Below are positions 18,150 to 32,312 of a stretch of 64,000 nt of DNA, in pieces (positions within the stretch are counted from its first letter, which is position 1; each line of letters begins with the position of its first letter). The notes beneath the pieces were generated by a model. That model had not been told where the DNA came from. It saw only the letters and a program-made list of their open reading frames with translations, and ran no database searches. The stretch is taken from assembly GCF_009914755.1 (NCBI RefSeq), contig NC_060925.1; one strand, written 5' to 3'. A program made the translations under genes and the position numbers. This DNA comes from the human T2T-CHM13v2.0 reference genome, Homo sapiens.

Positions 18150-19420
18150 ACAAAACGGAGAAGGGACTGAAAGCATTGCCTGGTTAGGAAGCTAATGCTA
18201 TAATTTAGCAAAAGAAGATGAAGGTCACAACTAAGGCTGGGTCAGTGGGGATGCAGAAGGTGAGATAGAAGCAAGGATAGTCAGGGGGCAAGGATGGGAG
18301 ACAGAGTTCGATAGTGTTGGTGAGTGCGGGAGAGGGGTGAGTGGAGGATGATGTTCAAATTTCTGACTCAGGTGACTTGTTAATGTTCAGGTAGTGATGT
18401 CCGTTAATTAGTTGAAAGTAGTTTGCAGAATTCAGGAGAGAAGATTGGGTTGACAATAGTCATTAAATTATAGGTGACAGAAGACAGGTGAAGCCTTGAA
18501 TCAATGCCATTGCCCCCATTGATTAGTTGGGGTTCTTGGTTGAAAGCAACAGACATTCAATGTTTTCATCATAGGCAAAAAAATAAATTTCTGGAAGTAA
18601 CTAAAAATTCACAGAAACAATAGGAGAATAGATGGCCAGACCTAAAAAGTGGGCATGATGTGGGGGCCCCAGATACTAGCAAGCAGAGAATACAATAAAG
18701 CTCATCCCTCAAAAGAAAGCCTGCAGCTGTGAAAGCTAGTTTTCAATTTGTCCCTCTGTCTTCATTGTACTGGCTTAAGATTTACAGGAATCTGATTGGC
18801 TGAACCCGGGTTATGTGGTCTTTCTGTGGCTCTCCTAGGAGGTAGAATGTTGAAGAATCATATACCCTTGGCTTAGGAAGCTGCAGTGAGAGGCAACCTA
18901 AGAATATTGCCTTCTGACGTTGTACACAGTGGAAATTTCCCTTCAAATGGATTTTGGGATTCTAATATCAAAGGGATGGATGCTAGAGAACAACACAAGG
19001 GTCATTATACCTAAGGAAAAAGGTAATTATACCTAAGGTCAGTGAGAAGACGAAGAGCTAACAATGGATGGACAGATGGATGGATAGATGGATGGATGGA
19101 TGGATGGAAGGATGGAGGGATGGATTGGTGGGTGGATGGATGGATGGATGGATGAATGGATGGATGGATGGATGGATGAATGGAAGTATAGGTGGATGGA
19201 TGGAAAGATGGGTGGATGGATAGACACAGAGGAACTAGTCTAGGGAACTGAATGATCGGAAAGGAAAGCAAATACAAGAAATTGAGTCATAGAAGTGAGG
19301 AAAGGAAAAACTTATCAGAAAGCAGTATTGGTTAACAATGTCAAACTGCAACACTGCAGTCAAGGAAGATGAGGACTAAAAAGCATCCGTTCGGCTTAAC
19401 TATTAGTAGATTACTGGGTC
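18150..19420 (-). mobile_element. L2 fragments (~18150-18510 and ~19285-19420) interrupted by an old LTR-like segment and (TGGA)n
   Basis: 'aggaagctaatgctataatttagc...gaagatgaagg' and 'gtcaaggaagatgaggactaaaaagcatccgtt'. Confidence 0.5.
19063..19222. repeat. (TGGA)n microsatellite
   Basis: Directly visible. Confidence 0.95.
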
Positions 19421-19623
19421 CCTAAGCACCCAGTCTCCATTATCCATCATAGGGTTTGGAACTGCCAGCATATCCATTCTTCCCAATCCTTGTTATGATG
19501 CTTCTGGTTCTTTCAGGTTGCCAAGATCTGCAAGTGGTAGTCAGCTCTTAGAACACTAACTTAAATAAATAAATACCACTTCTTGTCTAATTGACATAGA
19601 TACTGGTATAGTTAAGTATTGTT

Positions 19624-19923
19624 GGCCAGGTGCAGTGGCTTACTCCTGTAATCCCAGTACTTTGGGAGGCCTGGGCAAGTGGATCTCTTGAGGCCAAGAG
19701 TTCAAGACCAGCCTGGGCAACAAAACAACACCCTGTCTGTGCAAAAAAAATTTAAAAAATTGGTTGGGTATGGAAGCGTGTGCCTGTAGTCCCAGCTACT
19801 CAGGAGCCTGAGGTGAGAGGATCACTTGAGCCCAGGAGATTGAGGCTGCAGTGAGCTGCAATGGTGCCACTCCACTCCAGCCTGGGTGACAGAGCAATAT
19901 CCTGTCTCCGAAAAGAAAAAAAA
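19624..19923 (+). mobile_element. AluJ
   Basis: J-type 'gaggatcacttgagcccaggag'. Confidence 0.88.
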
Positions 19924-19944
19924 TTGAAAACATTCCTCTTGTAA

Positions 19945-20103
19945 AGAAGAGGCTAAATCTCAGCTTATATTAGAACTGTGTTCTTTACATGATTATGAAC
20001 GGGTGTGTTCCAGAGAGTTGAGAAGAGGCTAAATCTCAGCTTATATTAGAGCTGTGTTCTTTACATGATTATGAACGGCTGTGTTCCAGAGAGTTGAGAA
20101 GAG
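19945..20103. repeat. 76-bp tandem duplication
   Basis: agaagag starts at 19945, 20021 and 20097; the two units differ at 2 positions. Confidence 0.95.
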
Positions 20104-20802
20104 TCGTTGCTATAGCTGAGAGATGTCAGAGTGCCTTAACCATGGACAGTGCTGATCCCTGCTCCTGGCACTTATGGGCTCACTTGGGGAAGAACCACTT
20201 ACAGAAGTCAGCGTGAAGCCTGTTTAGGAGAATGGTTCACTTAAGCTTTCCTGGGACTGAACATGTCCTGAATCAAGGCAGCACACAACTTCAAAGAGGA
20301 TGGAGCCTGAGAAACTATGGAAACCATTAAAAATTCAAAGATCAAAGGTCACAGTAGGTCCTTTATTCCATCTTTTAAGACTTTTTTCTCCTTGTCAAAT
20401 TATATTAAACTTAATAATACACACAATAAATAACATCCAATAATTACTCCTGCTCAGTTTTCTAAAACCACTCCCTAGAGGTGACCACTATTTATATATT
20501 GGGATGAGCCTAATTAATTTTATTATGGGCATCCACACTCAGTCACATACATTCACACATGCAGTTTTTGCTAGAATGGGATCATAATCTGCACTTTGTT
20601 CTGCAGTTTGCCTTTTTCACTTAATCTATGTATGCATATATTATTATGTATGCACACACACACATATAAAATATTGTTGATGTCTTTCAGTGCTGGTACC
20701 TCTCAATCACAGAGGAAAAAAAGCAGCATATGAATATTGAACTTATTTCTATTTAAGTATTTGGGTTTTAGAGGAAGAGATCCAGAAAGAGGCCAAGGGA
20801 TA

Positions 20803-20806
20803 CAGA

Positions 20807-20848
<42 letters not shown>
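20803..20848. repeat. Compound (CA)n(GA)n microsatellite
   Basis: Directly visible. Confidence 0.95.
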
Positions 20849-22347
20849 TAGGAATAAAACAATTGAAGTGGTTCTGCAGCACCTGCTTGCCATTCTGCTC
20901 CATCTGCTCTTTCCTTAGTAGGTCTCAATCCCTGCCTAACTCTGCGCAAAGTATGTGCACTTTGCCACAATCAACATGATTCTCCCATTCAAAGATAGAT
21001 TTCTAAGCAAGGTTCCTAAACAGAAGCCAATCCCTTCATTTGTTACTCACCTGACAATACAGCAGTAAGGTATAATTTTGACCGAAGTAAACCTAACTCT
21101 CAAATAAGATATATTTCCTTGTGCTCCTCTATTTGCATTATGCTGTCATTTATTTAAGTCTTTCCCTATTGAGAGACAATGAGATTGTTTCCAGTTTTTC
21201 ACTGTTGCTAAAAATTTCTGCACTGACTAGCCTTATGCATTCCTTGTGTAGATTTCTCTTTGGTTTTCTGTGTGATGGATTTTTAGACATGCAATTACTG
21301 GGTCAAAGAGAATGCACATTAATATTATTGATAAGATACTATTACTACAAAATGTCTTTCAAAAAGGGTATACTGATTTACAACACTCACCCACTGCCCG
21401 TGAAGATACCTACCTACTTCCTCATGTAGTGGATAGGCCATAAACTTATTTTTCATTATTTTTCCCCAGTTGTCACCACTAAGAATCCCTTGACTGACTG
21501 CTGCATCGTGCTTGCATTTAGTGTAGGCAGTTGGAACAGTAACGGAAATGAACTGCTGTCTTTCCACACACCGTATATGGTTATAACTAAGGTGCCGAGT
21601 CTCTGTGAGCATGCCTTCCTGCCTTCCTCTCATTTTTGTAACTATGGTATTTCCACTTCTCAGTCATTCTACTGGTATTTCAGTTACTTTTCATAGCACA
21701 TTAAGACCCTTTTCTAGATACCCAATTTCTCTGAGCTGATTTAACCTTGCATTATAACATTTTACTGGAATAAGTGTACAGATTTATCACCTTGTAACTG
21801 AATTTTCTAGGATGCAGTAAGGGATATGTCTTTAAGGCTACTATATAACAATTGTCACTAAATATTTACTGATTTCATGTGAATCTCTCGCATTAGAACA
21901 AACACAGTTAGAGGAACCTCCAGGAAGGCAGGGGTCATCTTGCTGTGCACTATGGTACCTGGGCGTCTAAAACAGTGGCTGATACACAGTTTGTGCCCAG
22001 AACACATTTGTGAAGTAAATTAACCAGTTAATTAAAGTTTTGTGGGGTTCAAAAAACCAATTATACCAAACTGAAACACACAAATGATTGTCATAACTCC
22101 CCGATGATCAGGGAACTCTGTACCTAATGACACCAATCCTGCAATTGCTCAGAGCATTTATATATTGCACCAAAAAAATAGTTTTCATTTGATTATCCCT
22201 GGGGTGGAAAATCACTAACCTTTAGGACTAGATTTTTTAACAGCTTTATTGAGATATGGTTCATATACAGAAAACTGCACCCATTTAATGTACACTATCT
22301 GATGAGTCTGAATGTATGCGTACACCCATGGAACCATCACCAATTAA

Positions 22348-22791
<444 letters not shown>

Positions 22792-22859
22792 TGCCTCTTG
22801 GGGTTTTTGATGTTGTTTTGTGTGACCTGTGATATGAGCACTTAATATGACATATAACC

Positions 22860-23165
22860 TTTATTCATTTATTTATTTTATTTATTTATTTTGAGACAGG
22901 GTTTTGCTCTGTCACCTAGGCTAGAGTGCGATGGCACAATCATGGCTCACTGCAGCCTTGACCTCCTGGGCTCAAATAATTCAGCCTCCCAAATAGATGA
23001 GACTACAGGTGTGCTGCCAGCACACCTGACTAATTATTGTAATTTTTGTAGAGATAGAGTTTCACCATATTGCCCAAGCTGGTCTCAAACTCCCAGGCTC
23101 AAGCAATCTGCCCGCCTTGGCCTCCAAAGTGTTAGGACTACAGACATGAGCCGCTGAGCCCAGAC
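22860..23165 (-). mobile_element. AluJ
   Basis: (TTTA)n tail and J-type diagnostics. Confidence 0.85.
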
Positions 23166-24356
23166 AACATCTACCCTTTTAACAAATGTTTAAGTGCAAA
23201 TGCAGTACTCTTAACTCTAGGCTCTATGTTGTACAGCAGATCTAGAACTTACTCATCTTGCATGACTGGAGCTTTAATGACTGAAACCCATTGAATAACA
23301 ACTCTCCATTTCTCCCTCTCCCCAGCCCCTGGCAACCACCATTCTACTCTCTGCTTCTGTAAATATGACTATTTTAGACTCCTCTTATAAGTGGAATCAT
23401 GCAGTATTTGTCGTTTTATGACTGGCTTACTTCACTTAGCGTAATGTCCTCCAGATTCATTCATGCTGTTGCAAATGACAGGATTTCCTGTTGTTCTCAA
23501 TACCCAAGATATGAAACCAACCCAGTGTTCATTGACAAATGAATGGAGGCTAGATTTTATTGTAGGAAATAGCCAAACATCATTTCCAGGGTAATTCTGG
23601 TGATGAAAATGGTGATCACAATGGATAACGCTCTGTGACATTCATTTCCTATGAAACAAGGTGATTTACCTTATTTGGCTTATAAGCTAATTCAAAGAGT
23701 GGTCTATAGGTGTCCATCAATTATCAGTAATCCAAAGGGAATTTGGTAATTTTCTGCAGGGAAAGTGGTGAAATAATCTTGTTCACAGATATTTCCCTAA
23801 TTTTAAAGTAAGATTCCACAATTTTGTTCTTTATAGCTCAGTCAATACACAAATCATGTTTTATTAACAAGATGCAAGTAGCTTTGCCCAATATGTTTAT
23901 GTATCATGTTCCAGTTATTACATCTACTAAGTTTACACTTTTCATTGTTTCTGTTGTGTGATATTACATTCCTGGTATAAGAAATGGATGAGTGTTGCAA
24001 ATTTGATTCATCAAAGTGTAGGCACAGGAATAAAAGGGTAATAAAAATATTTCGGTCTAGAACAACCCATTGAATTTAAAAATGCAAAGGACTCCAGTGT
24101 AAATATGGAATAAATCCATATGGGCTTGGCTATATATATCTGGTAATGTGATCACTTTGAATAAGGAAATGAAAGGAAAGGTGTAAAAAGATAAACCTTG
24201 ATGAAGATGTTTGAAATGGAAAGTTATTGGATAACACATCCATTTGCCTGTAGCCACAAGTGTGTTGTGATGCAACTTTATCAAATATTGAGGTTTAAGG
24301 AAATAATCAGCTTTAATTTTTTATTTTTATTCCTTCATTCTTCTTTGAGGTTTCCT

Positions 24357-24743
24357 TACATGGAAATTGAATAACCTGCTCCTGAATGACTTTTGGGGAA
24401 AAAATGGAATTAAGGCAGAAATCAAGAAGTTCTTTGAAACTAATGAGGACAAAGATACAACGTACCAGAATCTCTGGGACACAGCTAAGTCAGTGTTAAG
24501 AGGGAAATTTATAGCACTAAATGCCCTATCCAAAAGCTAGAAAGATCTCAATTTAACAACCTAACCTCATAACTAAAAGAACTAGAAAGCCAAAAGAAAA
24601 CCAACCTGAAAGCTAGCAGAAGATAAGAAATAACCAAAATCAGAGCTGAACTGAAGGAGATTGAGACACAAAAAAACATCCAGTAGATCAACAAATCCAG
24701 GAGTTGTTTTTTTGAAAAAAGTAATAAAATAGACTGCTAGCTA
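24357..24743 (+). mobile_element. Internal L1 ORF2 fragment (linker just after the endonuclease domain), no 3' end
   Basis: Homologous in opposite orientation to ~4990-5380 of the L1PA ([11 protein letters not shown]...YQNLWDT...KFIALNA). Confidence 0.88.
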
Positions 24744-24949
24744 TAATGTTTTAAAGCCTTCTCAGTTGAACACTTGCTTCATTTATTTCTAAATTTTATG
24801 GTTTAATATATATATGTATATAAGGCTGTCAGTACCAGTTTAATTGTATTCCAAGTTTTGATGTGTAGTGCTTGTATATGCATACAATTCTCAATATTTT
24901 CTAGTCATTTTAGTTTTCAGTTTAGTTTTAGTTTCTGGGTCAAAGCTTC

Positions 24950-27128
24950 TACATCTAGTAGAGGGTGTGACAACTGCAGCTCATATCCATCGAAGGTGCA
25001 GCTCGGGAGTTCCGGTACCTCTGGATTGACTGTGTTTTTACCCATTGGCTGAGGCAGACATCCAAAGCCTGTTTTGGTCAGTTTCATAGAAAGCACACTG
25101 ACTTCTAGTAAACCAGGTATTTCTAGAGGAACACAGGATAAATGTTTCTGGTATGAAAGGGTTGGATTTTGTTGCTAACAGCAGAGGAGAAACAAAAAGC
25201 TATAGAAGAATTTAAAGTGCCCTGCTTGTTGCAGAAACTGGTACAAGTCTATTGCCAAGAAGCTTGTAAAACCAGCTGCAAAGTTAATGATAAACGATGC
25301 TCTTATGATTGTAGAGGGGACGGAAGGGACCATGGCAACATTCCTTAGTTAAATGACACCGATGGAACCTGCATGATATCTGTAGCATATAATTGGAAGA
25401 ACAATTGCTATTGGTTGTGCATCCTAGGAGGTATTTTGTTTTGCACTTGGATGAAACCACTGGTGTGCAAAGTGTGAATTAGTATACCTGTGAGCATATA
25501 TGAGAGGCTAAGGCTTGGTGGATTTTTGTTGTTCTGTTCATAATTGAAAATCCATACAAGGAGAAGAGAATTTTCATTCGGTTAGTGATCATGTTGTGAG
25601 CCCTGACGTCAACCAGAAAAGGTGATTCAAAATCAATATTGATGGAGCACCAGTGAAATGTACAAGCAGAAAGGGCACTGCTATTTGAATAAAAGCCTTT
25701 GCTCCTGAAGGCCAGGCGGCATGCAGCCTCACTTACAGAGCACAGTTGGAAGTCCCCAGTATGCCTCCAATTGTAATTCAGCACTAAGGAAATAGTGGAA
25801 ATTATTAATTCAGCAACATTATAACAATAAGTGTACTTCTTTTCAGAGGATTTTTAAGAAGCAATAAGCTGCAAGTACAAAACTGTTCTTCCACAAGGAT
25901 GTGTCTGGTTATTGAAGGAAAGATGTTCTGTAATGGGGATGAAATGAAATGTTTCTTCATGGTATCCACAGCATCTGGAAAAGGTTCCTATGATTTTGAG
26001 CAAATTGTTCAGGTCACATATCTCAGGGATGTTGATACAGTTTGGCTGTGTCCTCACCCAGATCTCATCTTGAGTTATAATAATCCCCATGTGTCAAAGG
26101 CAGAGCCAGGTGGAGATAATTGAATCATGGGGGCGGTTTCCCCCATACTGTTCTTGTGGTAATGAGTAAGTCTCACGAGATCTGATGGTTTTATAAACAG
26201 GAGTTCCCCTGCACAGGCTCTCTGGCCTGCTGCCACATAAGATGTGACTTTGCTTCTCATTCACCTTCGACCATGATTGTGAGGCCTCCCCAGCCATGTG
26301 TGACTGTGAGTCAATTAAACCTCAGCAATCTCAGGTATGTCTTTATTAGCACAGTGAGAACAGACTAATACAGATACATTCAATGTTTTAAATAGCCAAA
26401 AGCTACCACTTTGGGGCCAAACTATGATAACTTTTAAAGTGGAAGATAGACTTTCAGAACTTCTTAAAGAGACCAAGCTGGTACATACAATTTGATTGCT
26501 AAATATTTGATTCTTTCCCAGTAGTCACTGGTTTTCTTTAATAGTTGAAGTAAGAAATTTTTGACTGTACAAATACTGCAACTGACCAGGAAGAAATACT
26601 TGACAGAGCCCAGTGCGGAAAAGAGTGCTGGAGCAGTCACGGTGTACAACTGCTCAAGCTTTAGCACTTGAAGGGCACTGAAGATGCTGTTGATGTAGCA
26701 TCTACTGAAGCAAAGATTTCTTCAACAAGATTCTTTTATCTCCCCACAAATTCAGGATACATGTTTCATCTGAATATCCAGAACTCAGACAAAGCCAGCC
26801 AACACTGGCTCATGTTTCAAATGGCCTATAATTTTGTTTGGACTTACTAATAGAATACAAATAAAAATTAAGAAAAGATATCGAATGAATATAATCCAAG
26901 CTCTCTGTCTTGGAACCAGATATACTTGTGAACAGTTGCAAATTATCCCATTGCTGTGAAACAATTACTATTGTCATTTATAATGTTTTCTTATTAAATT
27001 TTTTTCTTATTTAAATTTTCTTATTTAAATTTTTTGGATGAACTTTTAAAGACGATTTATGTAAGACCAGTGGTGTACGTGCCAATGCTTGTTATGGTCA
27101 GTGGATGTTGAGAATTTGGAAAGCACTG
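24950..27128 (+). mobile_element. hAT (Charlie/Buster-type) DNA transposon with a decayed transposase
   Basis: Collinear motifs IAKKLVKPAA (25251), FVLHLDETTGV (25435), IDGAP (25638), HC (~25676), LFFHKDV-WL-GK (25883), VTYLRD/DTFNVLN across the THE1, LSVLEPDI (~26902); TIR-like end tttggaaagcactg at 27115-27128; 5' boundary uncertain. Confidence 0.8.
26033..26372 (+). mobile_element. THE1 (THE1C-like) solo LTR
   Basis: TG...CA ends, 'tttggctgtgtcc' start and 'gagaacagactaataca' end; degenerate 5-bp TSD gatgt/gatac. Confidence 0.92.
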
Positions 27129-27726
27129 CTCTGAGGCCCTTCATGGAGGAGAAACGTGTGTTGGACAATGGTAACCACTGAACTGACTGTGCGTGCACCT
27201 GAGGTGAAATGGGCACTGCATTTAGAAGTGCAAGTTCATGTGTAAATGGTGAAGATGACTGAGGAAACAGAGCAGGAGAACCTGTGTTCTAGTCATTTCT
27301 GCCACTGCCTGGCAGACAGGAATGTCACCTAGGAATGTGTGTGTGACCCAGGAATGTCACTCATCCCTTCTGGTCTCAATTTTACCATCTGTGAAATGGG
27401 AGAGCTGGATTAAATTTTGGGCAAAATATTCAAATGTCATTGATAGATAAGCAAGTAAAATAAATGACTGAAGTGGGTCATTTGGGAGCAGTGGGTCACC
27501 TGCTTCTGCCATCTGTTACCATGGATAGATCTTGGACTTTTTCAAGAGAAACTTAAAATTAGGATTTCTGGGTAAAAACTCCTAAATTTTAATATTTGCA
27601 ACTAATTCAAGTTTTTAAAAGCTAGTTTAAAAAACCCACTGGGCTAAAAAGAATACTTCTGTGGGCTCAAGGCTACTTGAGATTCACCAACTTCTGATTT
27701 CTGATATATAATCCTAAAAATCTATG

Positions 27727-28661
27727 CCACATAGGGCATATGTCCATACTCCCACAGGGCATATGTCCATACTCCCTGAAACAGTAAGAGGGAGGAGAGA
27801 GAGAGAGAGAGAGAGGAAGAAAGAGAATGTGTGAATGTGTAGCAAGATGATTTATTCTTAAGGCTGAGAGCCAAAAAAAGAGAAGTCTTAGTGGGCATTA
27901 TCAAAGTTTGTTCTTCCTCCAGCCCCATCTTCGATCCTGCTGGGACTCCCAGGAGGGATTTCCATGTCAGTCTCAGTGCTTTGCATTGAGGTCAGCGTCT
28001 TCTCAAGCGAAGGGCTCAAATGGGTACCACTACAGTTAAACCACAAGGCTAGATAATTAGGAAAAATTATCTAAAAAACAGGGCTGGAAACAGGCGTTTC
28101 TATGATAGACTTGCTTGCACCTCATATGGGAACCAGGATGATCTGAATTTTATCAAGCATCCCACAGGACATGTGTCCATACTCCCTGGGACAGTAAGAG
28201 GGAGGAGAGAGAGAGAGAGAGAGAAGAGAGAGGAGAGAGAGAATGTGTGAACGTGTAGCAAGATGATTTATTCTCAAGGCTGAGAGCCAAAAAAAGAGAA
28301 GTCTTAGTGGGCATTATCAAAGTTTGTTCTTCCTCCAGCCCCATCTTTGATCCTGCTGGGACTCCCAGGAGGGATTTCCATGTCAATCTCAGTGGTTTGT
28401 AATTGAGGTCAGTGTCTTCCCAAGTGAAGGGCTCAAATGGGTACCACTACAGTTAAACCACAAGGCTAGATAATTAGGAAAAATTATTTAAAAAAAAAAG
28501 AGGCTGGAAACAGGTGGAAAATTAGGTAAGGCATTTCTATGATAGACTTGCTTGCACCTCATGTGGGAACCAGGATGATCTGAATTTTATCAAGCATCCC
28601 ACAGGGCATGTGTCCATACTCCCTGGAACGGTAAGAGGGAGGAGAGAGGGAGAGAGGGAGA

Positions 28662-28696
<35 letters not shown>

Positions 28697-29316
28697 TGTG
28701 AATGTGTAGCAAGATGATTTATCCTCAAGGCTGAGAGCCAAAAAAAGAGAAGTCTTAGTGGGCATTATCAAAGTTTGTTCTTCCTCCAGCCCCATCTTTG
28801 ATCTTGCTGGGACTCCCAGGAGGGATTTCCATGTCAATCTCAGTGGTTTGCAATTGAGGTCAGCGTCTTCCCAAGCGAAGGGTTCAAGTGGGTACCACAA
28901 CAGTTAAACCACAAGGCTAGATAATTAGGAAAAATTATTAAAAACAAGGCTGGAAACTGGTGGAAAGTTAGGTAAGGCGTTTCTTTTTTTTTTTTTCTTT
29001 TTTTAATTTTTTATTATACTTTAAGTTTTAGGGTACATGTGCACATTGTGCAGGTTAGTTACATATGTATACATGAGCCATGCTGGTGTGCTGCACCCAC
29101 TAACTCGTCATCTAGCATTAGGTATATCTCCCAATGCCATCCCTACCCCCTCCCCCGACCCCACAACAGTCCCCAGAGTGTGATATTCCCCTTCCTATGT
29201 CCATGTGATCTCATTGTTCAATTCCCACCTATGAGTGAGAATATGCGGTGTTTGGTTTTTTGTTCTTGCGATAGTTTACTGAGAGGTAAGGCGTTTCTAT
29301 GATAGACTTGCTTGCA
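27727..29316. repeat. Tandem triplication of a ~410-440 bp unit, each copy with a (GA)n tract
   Basis: Units start at 27752, 28162 and 28599; third copy is interrupted by an L1; short ~23-25 nt duplication at 27727-27774. Confidence 0.95.
28985..29283 (-). mobile_element. Young ~300-bp L1 3' fragment (L1PA2-type)
   Basis: 'cactaactcgtcatctagc' (GAG variant) and 'gtgatattcccc'; perfect TSD aggtaaggcgtttct at 28970-28984 and 29284-29298. Confidence 0.9.
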
Positions 29317-30580
29317 ACAATTCAAACAAGCCTGGCACAAGCATTTTCTAAGCTAGGAGGCTGTTTCTCCCTCACAGCCTTACAGGGGGCCAGGAAGAAC
29401 TTGCTGAGCTGGCATGAGGACACACAGCTGGTGGTGGAACCAGCACTAGAGCCCCCAACCTCCCATTCCAGAGCTCCTTCCATCAGTAGTTCACACATAA
29501 TCTCGTCTGAAAGTTCTGTCCATTCCATCATGTAGGATCATGCCCATGGGAGAACAAGCCCATGGATCACTGGGCTTGTTCTCCCGTAATCTCACATTCA
29601 GTCCTTGGAAGAGAGATGTCTGCCATTCTTCACACTCCTAACTTTTCCTCGAATGCCTCATTTTCTTTCCCTTTTCTCATGTCAGCCTCCACGTCACCTG
29701 AATTATATTAGTGGGGTCCTTGAGCACATGAAGCAAGTTAGCCAAGGCTCCTACATCCTTCCTGGTGTGCCAGGAGTGCTGGGCCTGATGATAGATAAGG
29801 CAAGTACTTTAAACATCGTGATGTTCACGGATAGTATTCCATGAGTGTAATGTCTAGAGGGAGAGGAAGACCAGTGAAAAACAGTATATTTGCTCAAGGA
29901 GCCAGGTGGGGCAATGTTATAGAAGAGGGAAAATGCAAAGATGGAGGGAATTAACCAAAAGTCAGTTCTGTTTCCAGCTGGGAGATCACCATGGCTGGTG
30001 GATGGATCAAGTGGCTAGTGAGAATTTCCCCAGGACCATGCTGTTTACAGAGCACTTGAGAAGCGTGCCGTCCAGAGAGACCTTAGCCCTTTTACAGCAT
30101 TCACTGGGGCTTGTCATGTTAGGATCGCTGGGCAGGTTAATTAGTGTCGCTAGCAGCCCGAGTGAGGCTCTGACAGACTTGGATGTTTAGACCGTCTGCT
30201 GTACCGCTAAATTAAATGAGCACAGAGAACGTAAGACATCAGGGAACCCAAGCTAATGCTCTTGGTGGGGCAGCCCCAAAGCAGAATGTTAGCAAGAAGC
30301 CAAAGTGAGAGACCCAAAAGCCGTACTTCAGACCCTGGGCAGAGATGCCCTGGGCACAGCAAACAGCTAAGATGTTTGTTGCTGGTTAAGGCAGCCTCTA
30401 GTCAGGCCTGGTGGGGAACAGCCTATTTGTCCCCAGTTTTTTTCAGACACCTCTGCACACGAGGTGAGAAAACCTGTGGGCACCAGCACTTTTGGACACA
30501 AAGGACAGCCTTCTATTTCCATTGTATTGATTGGTTCTCAAAGAGAACACTCTCTGGAGGAAAAAGAGAAAATCAGGTAT

Positions 30581-31092
<512 letters not shown>

Positions 31093-31600
31093 TCAAACCA
31101 AAAATGGCAGAGAAAAACAAATCAGAGAGACTAGGAAAAAAATCTAAAAGAACATCTCCTATCACACTTCATCCCTTTCCTTTGCTTTATTTTTTCTCAT
31201 CAGAGTTTTAACTCCCTTGACATCTATATTTTTATTAATTTATCTGCTTGTTTTCTGTCTTCCCTCACTAACATGGAAACTTTTGTTGGTTTTTTTTCCC
31301 CCTGCAATATCCCTGCAATATCCCCAGTGTCTGACTTTAAGGTTTGACTGAACAAACCTTCTAGCTTTTAGAGTAACAAGCTCTGATGACAGTAACCAAA
31401 AGTAAAGAAATAGGAAAGATTTCTAATCAACACACTTCTCCCTGGACAGTTTGAGAAGGAAGGAGAAGTGGAGAGTGGGGTCCAATTTATTGGCCAGAAA
31501 TGCTTTTCATGTCCAGCTTCATGCTCTATAATATATGATAACATGTCTCTTGGATCAAGTATGCCTGGACATGGTAAATCAGGGTTTTGAAAGAACATAG

Positions 31601-32061
31601 AGTCATGCACCATGTAACAATGTTTTGTTCCATGATGGACTGCATATGCAATGATGCTGCCATAAGATTATACTGAAGCTGAAACGTTTCTATCACCTAG
31701 TGACATCATAACTGTTGTAGCATGATTAGTTAGTGTAGCCTAAGTGTACAGTGTTTATAAAGTCTCCAGTAGTGTACAGTAATGTTCTAGGCCTTCACGT
31801 TCACCCACCACCCACTCACTGACTCACCCAGAGCAACTTCTAGTCCTGCAAGCTCCATTCATGGTAAGTGCCCTCTACAGGTGTACCTTTCTTTAAAAAA
31901 AAAATCCATTATACCATATTTTTTTCTGTACCTTTTCTTTGTTTAGATATGTTTAGATGCATAAATACTTTTGTGCTATAATTGCCTACAGCAGGGGTTC
32001 CCAACTCCTGGGCCATGGACCAGTTCATAGCCTGTTAGGAATGGGGGTGCACCAGCAGGAG
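31601..32061. mobile_element. Tigger3-family fragment (~31601-31991) followed by a MER1-type hAT terminus (~31993-32061)
   Basis: 'agtcatgcaccatgtaacaatgttt...ccataagattata' and 'caggggttcccaac...cctgttaggaa...cagcagga'. Confidence 0.7.
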
Positions 32062-32159
32062 CAGTATTTAACTAGGATGTCTCAGAGCTGACTCTTCTGT
32101 GTCAGTTTCTCCTGGGATATTTTGTAACCTTTCCACATGTAGATGATTCTTCTTCTTCT

Positions 32160-32312
32160 TTTTGTGTGTGTGTGTGTTTTGTTTTGTTTTTTTGTTTTGA
32201 GAGAGAGATGGGGTCTCACTATGTTGCCCAGGCTGATTCCTGGGCTCAAGTGATCCTCTCCCTTGGGCCTCCCAAAGTGCTGAGATTATAGGCATGAACC
32301 ACCATGCCCAGC
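32160..32312 (-). mobile_element. FLAM-like Alu monomer
   Basis: Left-arm-only Alu sequence with a GT/T-rich tail. Confidence 0.8.

Noticed and set aside
27722-28900. Three ORFs sharing MGLEEEQTLIMPTKTSLFLALSL
   Set aside because: A by-product of the DNA triplication; the frames diverge at the (GA)n tracts and there is no recognisable protein similarity.
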